Positions 9,073 through 18,668 of a stretch of 32,000 nucleotides of DNA are shown here, piece by piece. The position numbers and the translations under genes are program-made. Numbering within the stretch: position 1 is the first letter of the stretch; every line of letters starts with the position of its first letter. The notes beneath the pieces were generated by a model. That model was not told where the DNA came from. It did no database searches and saw nothing but the letters and a program-made list of their open reading frames with translations. Source of the stretch: an uncultured Chloroflexia bacterium (GTDB lineage: Bacteria > Chloroflexota > Anaerolineae > Anaerolineales > Anaerolineaceae); assembly GCA_963704755.1 (NCBI GenBank), contig OY969938.1, forward strand, positions 4,260,001-4,292,000, written 5' to 3'.

Positions 9073-10658
9073 ATGGCGAAGCTGGTCAGTGTAGCCGAAA
9101 TGCGTGCAATCGAAAAAGAAGGCGATTCACACGGCGTCAGTTATGCCGAAATGATGGAGCGGGCCGGGACCGGCCTGGGAGTCATTGTGGATACTGCGTA
9201 TAGCCGGGTGCCGCAAAAAACAGCCCTGGCGCTGGTCGGCTCGGGCAATAATGGCGGCGACAGCCTGGTGGCATTGGTTGAATTGGCCCGCCGGGGCTGG
9301 CGGATCTGCGCCTATTTGCTGCGACCTCGCCCGGCCGGTGACGAATTGATCGAACAGGTCCGTGCAGCTGCTGGATTGATCGGCAGTGTCGAGGACGACC
9401 CCAATTATGCCCAACTGGACGGCTGGCTGGGGGAGGCGGGAGTGCTGCTGGATGGGGTTCTGGGCACCGGGATCAAGCTGCCGCTGCGCGAAGGGCTGGC
9501 GCAATCGCTGGCCCATGTGAAGAATTCCGCCGGGCTGCCCCCGGTGGTGGCGGTGGACTGCCCGTCTGGGGTGGACTGTGACAGCGGCGAAACCTCGCCG
9601 GTGACTTTGCCGGCCGATTTGACCATTTGTATGGATGCCGTCAAGGCCGGGCTGCTCAAATTCCCGGCTTTCCAGGCTGCCGGCCGGATCACGACGGTAG
9701 ACCTGGGATTGCCTGAAGATCTGCCGGCCCGCAAAGCGGTTCACGCGAACGTGATCACGACCGCACTGGTGCGCTCTGGCTTGCCCGTACGAACCGAGGA
9801 ATTGCACAAGGGGACTTTTGGCACCACCCTGGTGGTAGCCGGGTGTAAATTCTACAGCGGGGCGGCTTTGCTGGCCGGCGAAGCGGCGTACCGCTGTGGG
9901 GCCGGGTTGGTGCGGATTGCGTTGACCGAACCGCTTTGGGCCGCGCTGGCCGGCCGCTTCCGCGAAGCCACCTGGCTGCCCCTGGACGATGAGAACGGCT
10001 TTATTGCGGCCAGCGCCTCCGACGCAGTGCTGGACAATTTGGATCGCGTCACAGCGGTGCTGGTGGGACCCGGCCTGGGGACTCATCCCGGCACAGTCGA
10101 GTTCATTCAGAATTTGATTAAAGGCAATCCCCGGGGTGGGTTAAGTGACCAACCCTGGTGGTGGACGCGGATGGATTGCGCCTGGTCGGGCGTATGGCCG
10201 GTTGGCCTGGGCTTTTACCGGCGAACAGTGTCTTGACACCGCATCCGGGCGAGATGAGTGCCTTGACCGGCCTGCCGGTGGGCGAAATTCAGGCCGCCCG
10301 CGAAGAGACGGCCCGCCGCTTCGCCCGCGAATGGGGGCATGTGGTGGTGCTGAAAGGCGCCTTTACCATTATTGCCAGCCCGGAAGGCGAAACCTACACG
10401 GCCGGGGTAGCCACGCCGGCCCTGGCGCGGGCCGGGACCGGGGATGTTTTGGCCGGCCTGACGGTTGGTTTGCTGGCGCAAGGTCTGTCCCCGCTGCAAG
10501 CCGCGCTCAGCGCGGTGTGGATCCATGGCAAGGCCGGGTTGGCGGCTGAAAAGCGCTTTGGCCAGTCGGCCAGCGTCCTGGCCGGGGACGTGCTGGAGGC
10601 AGTGCCCGAAGTGCTCAAGGAATTGTATTTCCCCACCGACGAGCTGGACCTTGTGTGA
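9073..10658 (+). pseudogene. nnr: bifunctional NAD(P)H-hydrate repair enzyme Nnr (YjeF_N epimerase + ADP-dependent dehydratase), interrupted by a 1-nt frameshift
   Basis: N-terminal domain MAKLVSVAEMRAIEKEG...LVGSGNNGGDSLV and kinase-like domain HKGTFGTTLVVAGC...VLVGPGLG in frame 1. The expected continuation LVVDADGLRLV...LTPHPGEMSAL...VVLKGAFTIIASPEG...GTGDVLAG is in ORF 10158..10658. The frame switches between the frame-2 TGA (10146-10148) and 10158. Confidence 0.85.
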
Positions 10659-10683
10659 AGTGATGATTTAGCCTGTCGTCCTC

Positions 10684-10726
10684 TTTAAAGGTTGTATGAG
10701 CACGAAGCGCTCATACAACCTTTAAA
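10684..10726. repeat. 18-bp inverted repeat hairpin with cGAAg-centred loop
   Basis: tttaaaggttgtatgagc acgaagc gctcatacaacctttaaa. Confidence 0.85.
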
Positions 10727-10762
10727 AAGGATTTATAACTACTCAGAAACTATGGAGAGAGC

Positions 10763-10817
10763 GGGTGTTTTTTATTGTTTTTGTGTGCGAAGCACACAAG
10801 AACAATAAAAAAAACCC
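10763..10817. repeat. 26-bp inverted repeat (2 mismatches) around a GCGAAGC centre
   Basis: gggtgttttttattgtttttgtgtgc GAA gcacacaagaacaataaaaaaaaccc. It shares the GTGTTTTTTATT arm start with the other hairpins in the window. Confidence 0.85.
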
Positions 10818-10859
10818 ATACCTTCTGAACCGGCTTGAACAGTTACAGGATTTAAAATC

Positions 10860-10884
10860 AAAACGACCTGAACCAGGTCGTTTT
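10860..10884. terminator. bidirectional rho-independent terminator between nnr and the YtxH gene
   Basis: aaaacgacctg aac caggtcgtttt, with T-runs following on both strands. Confidence 0.65.
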
Positions 10885-10906
10885 GGACGTAGATTGCTGA
10901 TGAAAT

Positions 10907-11266
10907 TCAGGCTTCCGAACCAGCGTCAGATGAGTCGCTGCCTTTGGTCACGACCTGGTTGAGGCGAGATTTGCCTTCGTCCAGGAGGACGGCGCCTTTT
11001 TTCTGTAATTCGTCCGCCGTTTGTTTGGCTTTTGCCAGGGCTTCTTCAGCCTTGATGCGGGCATCGTTAGCCGTCTTTTCGGCCTGTGAATACAGGTCGG
11101 TCGCGGAATCAGATGCCATGTCGCGTAGTTCGATGGCGCGGTCATGGATTACTTCGCGGGTTTCTTCTCCCGATTGGGGCGCGAGTAATAAAGCTGCGAT
11201 AGCACCGGTTAAGCCACCGATTACAAAGCCGAGCAGAAATGCTCCAAAGTCGTCTCTTTCAGCCAT
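10907..11266 (-). CDS. YtxH domain-containing protein
   Basis: N-terminal FLLGFVIGGLTGAIAALLLAPQSGEETRE (the YtxH signature) followed by a helical Ala/Lys/Glu-rich tail. Confidence 0.8.
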   Translation of the reverse strand: MAERDDFGAFLLGFVIGGLTGAIAALLLAPQSGEETREVIHDRAIELRDMASDSATDLYSQAEKTANDARIKAEEALAKAKQTADELQKKGAVLLDEGKSRLNQVVTKGSDSSDAGSEA

Positions 11267-11302
11267 TTTAATCTCCTTTCAATATGTCAAGCCAAGCCCG
11301 CC

Positions 11303-11752
11303 TCAGTGTTTGTCCGGGCGGATCAAGTCGAAGAACTTGCGCAAACCGGCCAGGTATTCGTTAAGCTTCATCACCGGTTCAACCAGATTATTCGACAAGA
11401 ACTGAGTAGTTCCACGTAAATTGTTCACCGTCTCATTAGTCGAGTCCAGGATCGGTTTGACCTCGTTCTGGATCAAGTTGATCAAGGTGGCTAATTGGAC
11501 GATCAAGATGACCAGCCCAGCCCCTAAAATTAGCGATTCAAGTGCCATAAAGATGATAAAGATATCCCGCACCCTGGCCGTGGTTTCTTCCGGGCTGCGT
11601 GCTAATACGACGATCCCGGCGACCAATAAGGCCACGAGGAGAACGATGATGGCAACGATGATCCAGACCCGATTATTACCTTTTTTCGCTTCAGGTGCTG
11701 TTTCAACGGGGTTGGATGTGCCAGCGGGGAGTTCTTTAATCTCTTCAGTCAT
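11303..11752 (-). CDS. DUF948-like membrane protein (TM segments + coiled-coil), paired with YtxH
   Basis: Two hydrophobic segments, then a QNEVKPILDSTNETVNNLRGTTQFLSNNLVEP helical region. The YtxH/DUF948 adjacency is common in Firmicutes-like genomes. Confidence 0.5.
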   Translation of the reverse strand: MTEEIKELPAGTSNPVETAPEAKKGNNRVWIIVAIIVLLVALLVAGIVVLARSPEETTARVRDIFIIFMALESLILGAGLVILIVQLATLINLIQNEVKPILDSTNETVNNLRGTTQFLSNNLVEPVMKLNEYLAGLRKFFDLIRPDKH

Positions 11753-11957
11753 AGATTAATTCATTATAACATAGGGCGTTTTTAATTTTTCTACTCAAAA
11801 GGCAGGAATCGCACAAATTTATAGGATTGGTTTTTTAAAAAAGGCAAGAAATTCTGGTTTCCTACCTATTGGCGGCGAAGTTGCGCTTGCTTTATTGCAT
11901 TTTTACATTTTTGTCCAATACTATATTTTGTCGTATGTTCCTCAATGTGGGTTTGCC

Positions 11958-12357
11958 TTATAGCTCGCTCTCTATCTTGAGCCGGGAAAGCTGGTTCTCG
12001 CAGGCGATCAAGATGTCCTCGAAGTCTTTTTTTAACGCCTCGACGCGCTCAATATCGTAGGTGGCAAAAATCATGCGGATGAGCCGTTTTTTTAATCCGC
12101 TGATGTCATCTTCCAGTAAGCCGGGGGCCATTCCGTTTTGAGCGGAAGCTTTCAGGCGAAGGACCAGTTGATCGAATCTCTCGGTCCCGACGGCAGCCAC
12201 CAGGCTGTTCACGATCCTATCGTATGCCTCGGTGTCCTGGTTGTTCTTCAGGTATTTGTACAATCCCTGGTAGGAGGCGTATTCCGCCTTATCAGCCCAG
12301 GCCTTCTTGTCTTCGTTGGTGAGTTGATCGTAAACACTTTAAGTCTTTTCGTTTCAT
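11958..12357 (-). CDS. hypothetical protein, probably N-terminally split by a 1-nt indel
   Basis: The track ORF 11958..12263 frame stays open and protein-like upstream (VYDQLTNEDKKAWADKAEYASYQG) to a TAA. An ATG at 12357 (MKRKDLK, with agaaagg upstream) sits one frame away and meets it at about 12330-12340. Confidence 0.4.
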
Positions 12358-12485
12358 TAAAAATGCCTTTCTGGTGATTTATGAGTACATTATAGTATTT
12401 TATGTATTTTACAAGTACTAAAAAGTACCTATTTGTATTTCGAGTGGATTGGGTGGGGGGTAACACCCCCATATCGTTTTCGAGT

Positions 12486-12710
12486 TCGTAGGGTGCGCTT
12501 TAGCGCACCGAAAAAGAGCAAATTTAATTCACCAGCCGGCTTTCTGGTTTTACCTCAACATCCGGGAAAATTGGCGCTCCGGGCAATGCAAGAATAAATA
12601 GCGTAACGATAATTAATGCGTGCGACCGGTTTGGTTGGCATCTACCCTCATCCCGTCCTTCCCCCTAAGAGGGGGAAGGCGTTAAGTTGCGCTCGCCGGC
12701 AGGTGGACAT
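12486..12710 (+). repeat. noncoding repeat module, copy 1 (block A 12486-12545, block B 12637-12710)
   Basis: Block A is tcgtagggtgcgctttagcgcaccgaaaaagagcaaatttaattcaccagccggctttct. Block B is ggcatctaccctcatcccgtccttccccctaagagggggaaggcgttaagttgcgctcgccggcaggtggacat. Confidence 0.9.
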
Positions 12711-12773
12711 GCCTTTTTTTCGTTTTTCATCCGGCGTAGGGGCGAAGCAGCCGGGCCATGGTTGATTCTGCAA

Positions 12774-12990
12774 TCGTAGGGTGCGCTTTAGCGCACCGAA
12801 AAAGAGCAAATTTAATTCACCAGCCGGCTTTCTTGGGAGTCTAGACTTTTTTATCCCAACAGCCAGGTAAATTTGCTCAAGTGCTACGCTGATTAAACTG
12901 AATGCCCGGTCCGGCCGGCATCTACCCTCATCCCAGCCTTCTCCCTGGTAGGGAGAAGGCGTTAAGCTACGCTCGCCGGCAGGTGGACAT
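12774..12990 (+). repeat. noncoding repeat module, copy 2 (block A 12774-12833 identical; block B 12917-12990 about 90 percent identical)
   Basis: Direct repeat of copy 1 at an offset of 288/280 bp. The sequence between blocks A and B has diverged. Confidence 0.9.
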
Positions 12991-13295
12991 AAGGTGGATG
13001 GACCGTTGGCTCTTGCCCCCTTCCTAAGGGGGGTGGGGGATTCTTGAATTGGCCTGGAGACCTGCAAATCGGGTTAGTTGTTTTATTTCTTGATTTTCAT
13101 TATTTGCTGCCGGCCGCATCCGACGCTCGGATTTCAACCTCGGTGTTTCTTACGCCAACTGTATTCCCGGCTTGGAAAGCCGGGAATACAGCATGAGGCA
13201 ATCTCAACACTGTTATCCTAAAATGCAGGGCGTTTTTGAACGCTCTCTTTTCAATTCTTTGCGTGGATCGAACCGATGTGTTAAACTTAAATGCT

Positions 13296-13913
13296 ATGCG
13301 TTTTTTAGGCGGTTCGGGGATTTTATTTTTAACCTGGGTCCTGGCGGCATTTTTCCCGCAAACCGGCGCACAGGGATTGAAAATATTAAGTCCGCAGGGC
13401 GGAGAGGCGCTGCAAGGGGCGGTCGAAATCCGCGGGACGGTCAACCTGGAGGGACTGCAAAGCTACGAAATAGCCTTTGGCTATTCCGGCAGTGACCCGG
13501 CCGGACAGTTTCTAATCGGCCAGGGCGACCAGGCGGTAAACCAGGACGTCCTGGCGGTATGGGACACGACCCAGATCAGCGACGGCACCTACGACCTGGT
13601 CCTGCGGGCTACCCTGGAAGATGGCAGCCAGCAAGAGCTGACAGTTAGCGGGCTGCGGGTCCGTAATTACACCGCGATCGAAACGGCCACAGTGAACGCA
13701 TCCCAGGCAGAGAGCCCGGCTTTGCCGGCGCCTACCTTGGAGCCCAGCCTGACGCCGGTTTTGCCGACGGCTACCCCCTACGGGCCTAATCCCGGGACGG
13801 TTACGCCCGCGGATGTGAACTACAGCCTGCTGCGGGGTGTCAGCTTTACCGCCATTGTGTTCGTCGTCCTGGGTTTTTATGTTTCTATTCAACGGCGCAA
13901 CCGCCGTCGCTAA
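13296..13913 (+). CDS. secreted, C-terminally anchored protein with Ig-like N-terminal domain (hypothetical)
   Basis: Signal-peptide-like MRFLGGSGILFLTWVLAAFFPQTGAQG (start moved to ATG 13296), a beta-rich domain (VWDTTQISDGTYDLVLRA), a Pro/Thr linker, a C-terminal TM and RRNRRR. Confidence 0.6.
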   Translation: MRFLGGSGILFLTWVLAAFFPQTGAQGLKILSPQGGEALQGAVEIRGTVNLEGLQSYEIAFGYSGSDPAGQFLIGQGDQAVNQDVLAVWDTTQISDGTYDLVLRATLEDGSQQELTVSGLRVRNYTAIETATVNASQAESPALPAPTLEPSLTPVLPTATPYGPNPGTVTPADVNYSLLRGVSFTAIVFVVLGFYVSIQRRNRRR

Positions 13914-13941
13914 ATTATCCTTTCATCGTTGAGGCTATACC

Positions 13942-14592
13942 GTGAGCAGTAGTTTTATTAACAAAATTCAGCACGGCCTTTTTTCTCGCATGAATGAAAC
14001 CGAAGGCCAGGGGCCGGCTTATTTAATTATCGGGTTGGGCAACCCCGGCCGGGAATACCGCGAAACGCGCCACAACGCCGGTTTCTTGATCATCGACCGG
14101 CTGGCAAAAGACTTGGAGATCCCCATGACGCGTGTCCAGCAAAAAGCTTTGATTGGCTCGGGCATGTTTCGTGATAAAAAGATCTACCTGGCCAAACCTC
14201 AGACATTTATGAACCTTTCCGGTGAAGCGGTGGCCGGCCTGGCGCGCTTCTATAAGGTGCCGGCCGGGCAGATCCTGGTTGCCCACGACGACCTGGATTT
14301 GCCCTTTGGCACCCTGCGCCTGCGGGCCGCGGGCAGCTCAGCCGGGCAAAAGGGGGTCCAATCCATCATCGAACGGCTGGGCACCCAGGATTTTCCGCGT
14401 TTACGCTTCGGTATCGGTCGCCCGCCCGGATCTAAACAAGGTGCAAATTACGTACTGCAGGGTTTTGTTGGTCAAGAAAAAAAAGAACTTGAGTTTCTTT
14501 TGGATAAAGCCGCTGCGGCCGTTAAGGTATTCATCGAGAAAGGTATCGATGAGGCCATGAACCAGTTCAATGGTGCCCACTTAGAGGATTAA
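13942..14592 (+). CDS. pth: peptidyl-tRNA hydrolase
   Basis: YLIIGLGNPGREYRETRHNAGF..., HDDLDLPFG, GHNG-equivalent region. GTG 13942 has GAGG 7 nt upstream; ATG 13990 is an alternative start. Confidence 0.9.
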   Translation: MSSSFINKIQHGLFSRMNETEGQGPAYLIIGLGNPGREYRETRHNAGFLIIDRLAKDLEIPMTRVQQKALIGSGMFRDKKIYLAKPQTFMNLSGEAVAGLARFYKVPAGQILVAHDDLDLPFGTLRLRAAGSSAGQKGVQSIIERLGTQDFPRLRFGIGRPPGSKQGANYVLQGFVGQEKKELEFLLDKAAAAVKVFIEKGIDEAMNQFNGAHLED

Positions 14593-14595
14593 GGA

Positions 14596-17500
14596 TTGCT
14601 CGACCGGATTCGTTCTCTGAATGCATACCAGAACCTGCTCGAAGCGCTGCGCTCCGGGGTGGACCTGCCCGCCCTGGGGCTGTTGCGGTCTGCCCGTTTG
14701 CCGGTATTGGCGGCTTTGCACCAGGACCTCGGCCGGGCGATCCTGTTGATCACAGATCGGACGGACCGGGCTTTGACCATCGTGGACGAGCTGTCCTTCT
14801 GGCTGGATGATCGTTCGGTACAGTATTTTCCCGAGCCTAACCCCTCATTTTACGAGCAAGCTGCCTGGGGCACGGTCACCCGGCGGGACAGGCTGCAAGC
14901 GCTGACCGCCCTGGGAGCTTACCATTTCCTGGGGCAGCCCAAGCCGGTGATTCCCCCGGTGCTGATCGCGCCGGTGCGGGCGGTGATGACGCGTACTTTA
15001 CCCCGGCGCGATTTCATCAAGGCCAGCAAGATTTTCAAACTAAACCAGACCGTGTCGCCGGAAGGGCTGCAGCGCAATTGGGTGGAAATTGGCTATCAGG
15101 CCGCCGAGGTGGTGTTAGAACCCGGCCAGTTCTCGCGCCGGGGGGGTATCCTGGATGTCTGGCCGCCCTTCGATCCGCTGCCGGTGCGGATCGAGTTCTT
15201 CGGCGATGAAATCGACACGCTGCGCTTATTCGACCCGGCTTCGCAGCGCACGGTCAAGACCCTGGAGCGCCTGCTGGTGACCCCGGCCCGGGAAGTGCTG
15301 CCCGGGTACGCAGCCAAATTAGAACTCCCGGGAACGGAAGTGGACGAGTTTTATTTGCCGATCGTGCACCCGTCACCGGCCAGCATTTTGGATTACCTGC
15401 CTTCGCCGGCGCTTGTTCTGGTGGATGACTTCGATCTGCTGGCTGGCGTGGCCAACGAGATCGAAGAACAAGCGGTCAAGCTGCGCGACGAGAGCATTCA
15501 GGAAGGCACGCTTTCGCCCGATTATCCGATCCCTTATCTTTCCTGGTCGGAGATACAGGACAGCCTGACCGGACAGGCCAGCCTGGAACTAGGCTATTCC
15601 AGCGACGAAGAGCCGGCGACGCTGGCGCGTTGTTTCCAACCCGGTCCGCGCTACGCCGGGCGCTTGAAGCCGTTTATGGAATACCTGGATCAATTGAGCC
15701 GGGACGGTGAATGTACGGTGGTCGTCTCACGCCAGATGGCCCGCTTGAAAGAACTTTGGCACGAGCAGCGCCCAATCGAAAGGGATGACTGCGTCCCTGA
15801 ATTTATCGAAGGCACGCTCAGCGACGGTTGGACGGTGACCCAGGCAGATGAAAAACCCTTCCATCTGCTGACCGACAGCGAAATCTTTGGCTGGGAACGG
15901 CCCCAGCCGCGCACCCGCACGCGCCCGATCGCCGAAGCGCCCGAAGCATTTTACGCCGATCTCAAAGCCGGGGATTGGGTGGTGCATGTGGATTACGGCA
16001 TCGGGCGCTATATCGGCCTGGTGCAGCGCACTCTGGATGGGATCGAGCGCGAATTCTTGTGCCTGGAATATGCCGATGGCGACCAGCTTTTTGTACCGGT
16101 CCACCAGGCCGACCGGCTGAGCCGTTATATCGGCCCCAGCGGTGAAACCCCTTCACCCACGCGTCTGGGCTCGGGCGAGTGGAGCAACACCAAACAGCGT
16201 GTGCGCGAGGCGGTCATCCAGGTGGCCCAGGACATGCTGGACCTGTACGCCAAGCGCCAGGTGGCCAAGGGGTATGCTTTTAGCACGGATGGCACCTGGC
16301 AGCAAGACCTGGAAGCCAGCTTCCCCTACATCGAAACCGAGGACCAGGCCCTGGCCATCCGCGAGGTCAAAAAGGATATGGAGCTGGACCGTCCGATGGA
16401 CCGGCTGTTGTGCGGTGACGTGGGTTACGGTAAAACCGAGGTGGCTTTGCGGGCGGCTTTCAAGGCGGTCATGGACGGCAAGCAAGTGGGTATGCTGGTA
16501 CCGACCACGGTGCTGGCTCAGCAGCATTACGAAACCTTCCGCCAGCGCCTGGCGGCTTTTCCGGTCAAGGTCGAAATGCTCTCGCGGTTTCGTTCGCCCC
16601 GCGAGCAGGATGAGATTATCCTGCGCACGATGATGGGCGATGTGGACATCCTGATCGGCACCCACCGGCTGATACAGCCGGATGTGTCCTTCAAAGACCT
16701 GGGCCTGTTGATTATCGATGAAGAGCAGCGCTTTGGAGTGGCCCATAAGGAGCACTTCAAGAAAATGCGCACCGAAGTGGACGTACTCACCCTGACGGCC
16801 ACGCCAATTCCACGCACCCTTTATATGGCCCTGACCGGTGTTCGGGATATCTCGGTGATCAATACGCCGCCGGCCGAGCGCTTGCCAATCATTACTCACA
16901 TTGGGCCATATTCGCAGCGGCTGGTCCGCCAGGCAATCCTGCGCGAGGTCGAACGCGGCGGGCAGGTGTTCTTCGTCCACAACCGGGTGCAGACCATCCG
17001 TGCCATGGAACGCCACCTGGGCCAGATGGTGCCGGAAGCGCGCATCGGTGTGGCGCACGGCCAGATGAATGAGAATGAACTCTCCCAGGTCATGTCGCAA
17101 TTTACCCACGGTGAGATCGACGTGCTGCTGTGTACCTCGATCATTGAATCGGGCCTGGATATCCCCAATGCCAATACGTTAATCGTGGATCGCGGGGATA
17201 CCTTCGGGCTGGCGCAGCTCTACCAACTGCGTGGGCGGGTAGGGCGCGGCGCCCAGCGGGCCTATGCCTATTTCTTCCGCCATAAGCGCAAACCACCCAC
17301 TCCCGAAGGCCAGGAGCGCCTGGAAGTAATTGCCGAAAACACCCAATTAGGAGCCGGCTATTCGATTGCCATGCGCGACCTGGAGATGCGCGGGGCCGGG
17401 GACCTGCTCGGTACGCGCCAACACGGGATAATTGCCAGTGTGGGTTTTCACCTGTACACCCGCTTGCTGGCCCAGGCCGTGCGCCAGTTACGCCAGTTAA

Positions 17501-17982
17501 GCGGTCTGCCCGCGCCCGATTCCCGCCTGGAACTGGTCAAAGAACTGGGCATGGCGGTAGGCGTGGACCTGCCGCTGCCGGCCGGGATCCCGGCCGAGTA
17601 CGTGCCAGAACAGCACGTGCGCCTGAGCCTGTACCGGCGCATCGCCAGTGTGCAGGATGAGGGTGAGTTAGATGCCTTACACAGCGAATTTAGCGACCGT
17701 TTCGGCGAGCTGCCGGAACTGGTGGCGAATTTGTTTTACCAGATGCGTGTCAAGCTGCGCGCCGAGACGGCCGGGCTGGCCAGTGTTTCGATCGAAAGTG
17801 ACCAGTTTGTGCTGCGCTTCCCACCTCTGCCGGAAGGAGTGCAGGCACGGGCTTTGCCGGATATTGGGATGAATTCACGCGCCAGCAAGAATGCCTATTG
17901 GATCTCGACCAACCAGGGCCAAGCCGACTGGCGGGAGAAATTACTGGCAGCCCTGTCTGCTATAATCGACTTATGGCGCTGA
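14596..17982 (+). CDS. mfd: transcription-repair coupling factor
   Basis: 1128 aa with a UvrB-homology N-terminus, a CarD/RID-like region (GDWVVHVDYGIGRY), superfamily-2 helicase motifs (GDVGYGKTEVA, DEEQRFG, TATPIPRT, QLRGRVGR) and a TRG/C-terminal domain. It lies directly after pth, the classic synteny. Confidence 0.95.
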   Translation: MLDRIRSLNAYQNLLEALRSGVDLPALGLLRSARLPVLAALHQDLGRAILLITDRTDRALTIVDELSFWLDDRSVQYFPEPNPSFYEQAAWGTVTRRDRLQALTALGAYHFLGQPKPVIPPVLIAPVRAVMTRTLPRRDFIKASKIFKLNQTVSPEGLQRNWVEIGYQAAEVVLEPGQFSRRGGILDVWPPFDPLPVRIEFFGDEIDTLRLFDPASQRTVKTLERLLVTPAREVLPGYAAKLELPGTEVDEFYLPIVHPSPASILDYLPSPALVLVDDFDLLAGVANEIEEQAVKLRDESIQEGTLSPDYPIPYLSWSEIQDSLTGQASLELGYSSDEEPATLARCFQPGPRYAGRLKPFMEYLDQLSRDGECTVVVSRQMARLKELWHEQRPIERDDCVPEFIEGTLSDGWTVTQADEKPFHLLTDSEIFGWERPQPRTRTRPIAEAPEAFYADLKAGDWVVHVDYGIGRYIGLVQRTLDGIEREFLCLEYADGDQLFVPVHQADRLSRYIGPSGETPSPTRLGSGEWSNTKQRVREAVIQVAQDMLDLYAKRQVAKGYAFSTDGTWQQDLEASFPYIETEDQALAIREVKKDMELDRPMDRLLCGDVGYGKTEVALRAAFKAVMDGKQVGMLVPTTVLAQQHYETFRQRLAAFPVKVEMLSRFRSPREQDEIILRTMMGDVDILIGTHRLIQPDVSFKDLGLLIIDEEQRFGVAHKEHFKKMRTEVDVLTLTATPIPRTLYMALTGVRDISVINTPPAERLPIITHIGPYSQRLVRQAILREVERGGQVFFVHNRVQTIRAMERHLGQMVPEARIGVAHGQMNENELSQVMSQFTHGEIDVLLCTSIIESGLDIPNANTLIVDRGDTFGLAQLYQLRGRVGRGAQRAYAYFFRHKRKPPTPEGQERLEVIAENTQLGAGYSIAMRDLEMRGAGDLLGTRQHGIIASVGFHLYTRLLAQAVRQLRQLSGLPAPDSRLELVKELGMAVGVDLPLPAGIPAEYVPEQHVRLSLYRRIASVQDEGELDALHSEFSDRFGELPELVANLFYQMRVKLRAETAGLASVSIESDQFVLRFPPLPEGVQARALPDIGMNSRASKNAYWISTNQGQADWREKLLAALSAIIDLWR

Positions 17983-18653
17983 TCCTGATCGTCGAAGATG
18001 AATCGGAACTGGTGAAAATCCTGCGCTCCTACCTGGAGAAAGCCGGTTACGATGTATTGACCGCCGCGCGGGGGGACCACGCCTTAAGTTTGTGGGAAAA
18101 CCATTCTCCTGACCTGGTGCTGCTGGATTTGAACCTGCCGGGGATGGACGGCCTGGAAGTGGCCCGCGAAATCCGCAAACTGCGCGAGACACCGATCATC
18201 ATGGTCACTGCCCGGGTGGAAGAAGATGACCGCCTGGCCGGGCTGGAAATTGGCGCGGATGATTACATCACCAAACCTTATTCGCCTCGCGAGGTCGTTG
18301 CACGGGTCAAGGCGGTGCTGCGGCGCAGCAGCCAGGGCCAGGACGAACGCGACTTACTGCAGGTGCACGACCTGGTCATCGACGGTACCGCCCATAGCGT
18401 TACCCGCGCCGGCGAACCGGTGGAGTTGACCCCGACCGAGTTTGCCATCCTTTCCTGCCTGGCCGGCCAACCGGGACGGGCCTTTAGCCGCTTGCAGTTG
18501 TTGGAATCGGCCCAGGGGTTGGCCTTCGAAGGTTACGAACGCACTGTGGATGCGCACGTCAAGAATCTGCGGGCCAAACTGGAGCCGGATCCGAAGACCC
18601 CGCGTTATATCGAAACCGTATTTGGGGTAGGCTACCGGATGCGGAAACCCTGA
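17973..18653 (+). CDS. OmpR-family response regulator
   Basis: MALILIVEDE...DLVLLDLNLPGMDG...KP receiver plus a winged-helix output (LTPTEFAIL...VFGVGYR). ATG 17973 overlaps the mfd stop by 10 nt. Confidence 0.9.
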   Translation: MALILIVEDESELVKILRSYLEKAGYDVLTAARGDHALSLWENHSPDLVLLDLNLPGMDGLEVAREIRKLRETPIIMVTARVEEDDRLAGLEIGADDYITKPYSPREVVARVKAVLRRSSQGQDERDLLQVHDLVIDGTAHSVTRAGEPVELTPTEFAILSCLAGQPGRAFSRLQLLESAQGLAFEGYERTVDAHVKNLRAKLEPDPKTPRYIETVFGVGYRMRKP

Positions 18654-18668
18654 GTGAGGGGGAACACC

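Noticed and set aside
12648-13067. A 139-aa minus-strand ORF in the 12.4-13.2 kb gap.
   Set aside because: It is built almost entirely from the duplicated repeat blocks and their hairpins (…PSPYQGEGWDEGR…). It has no start context and no domain-like sequence.
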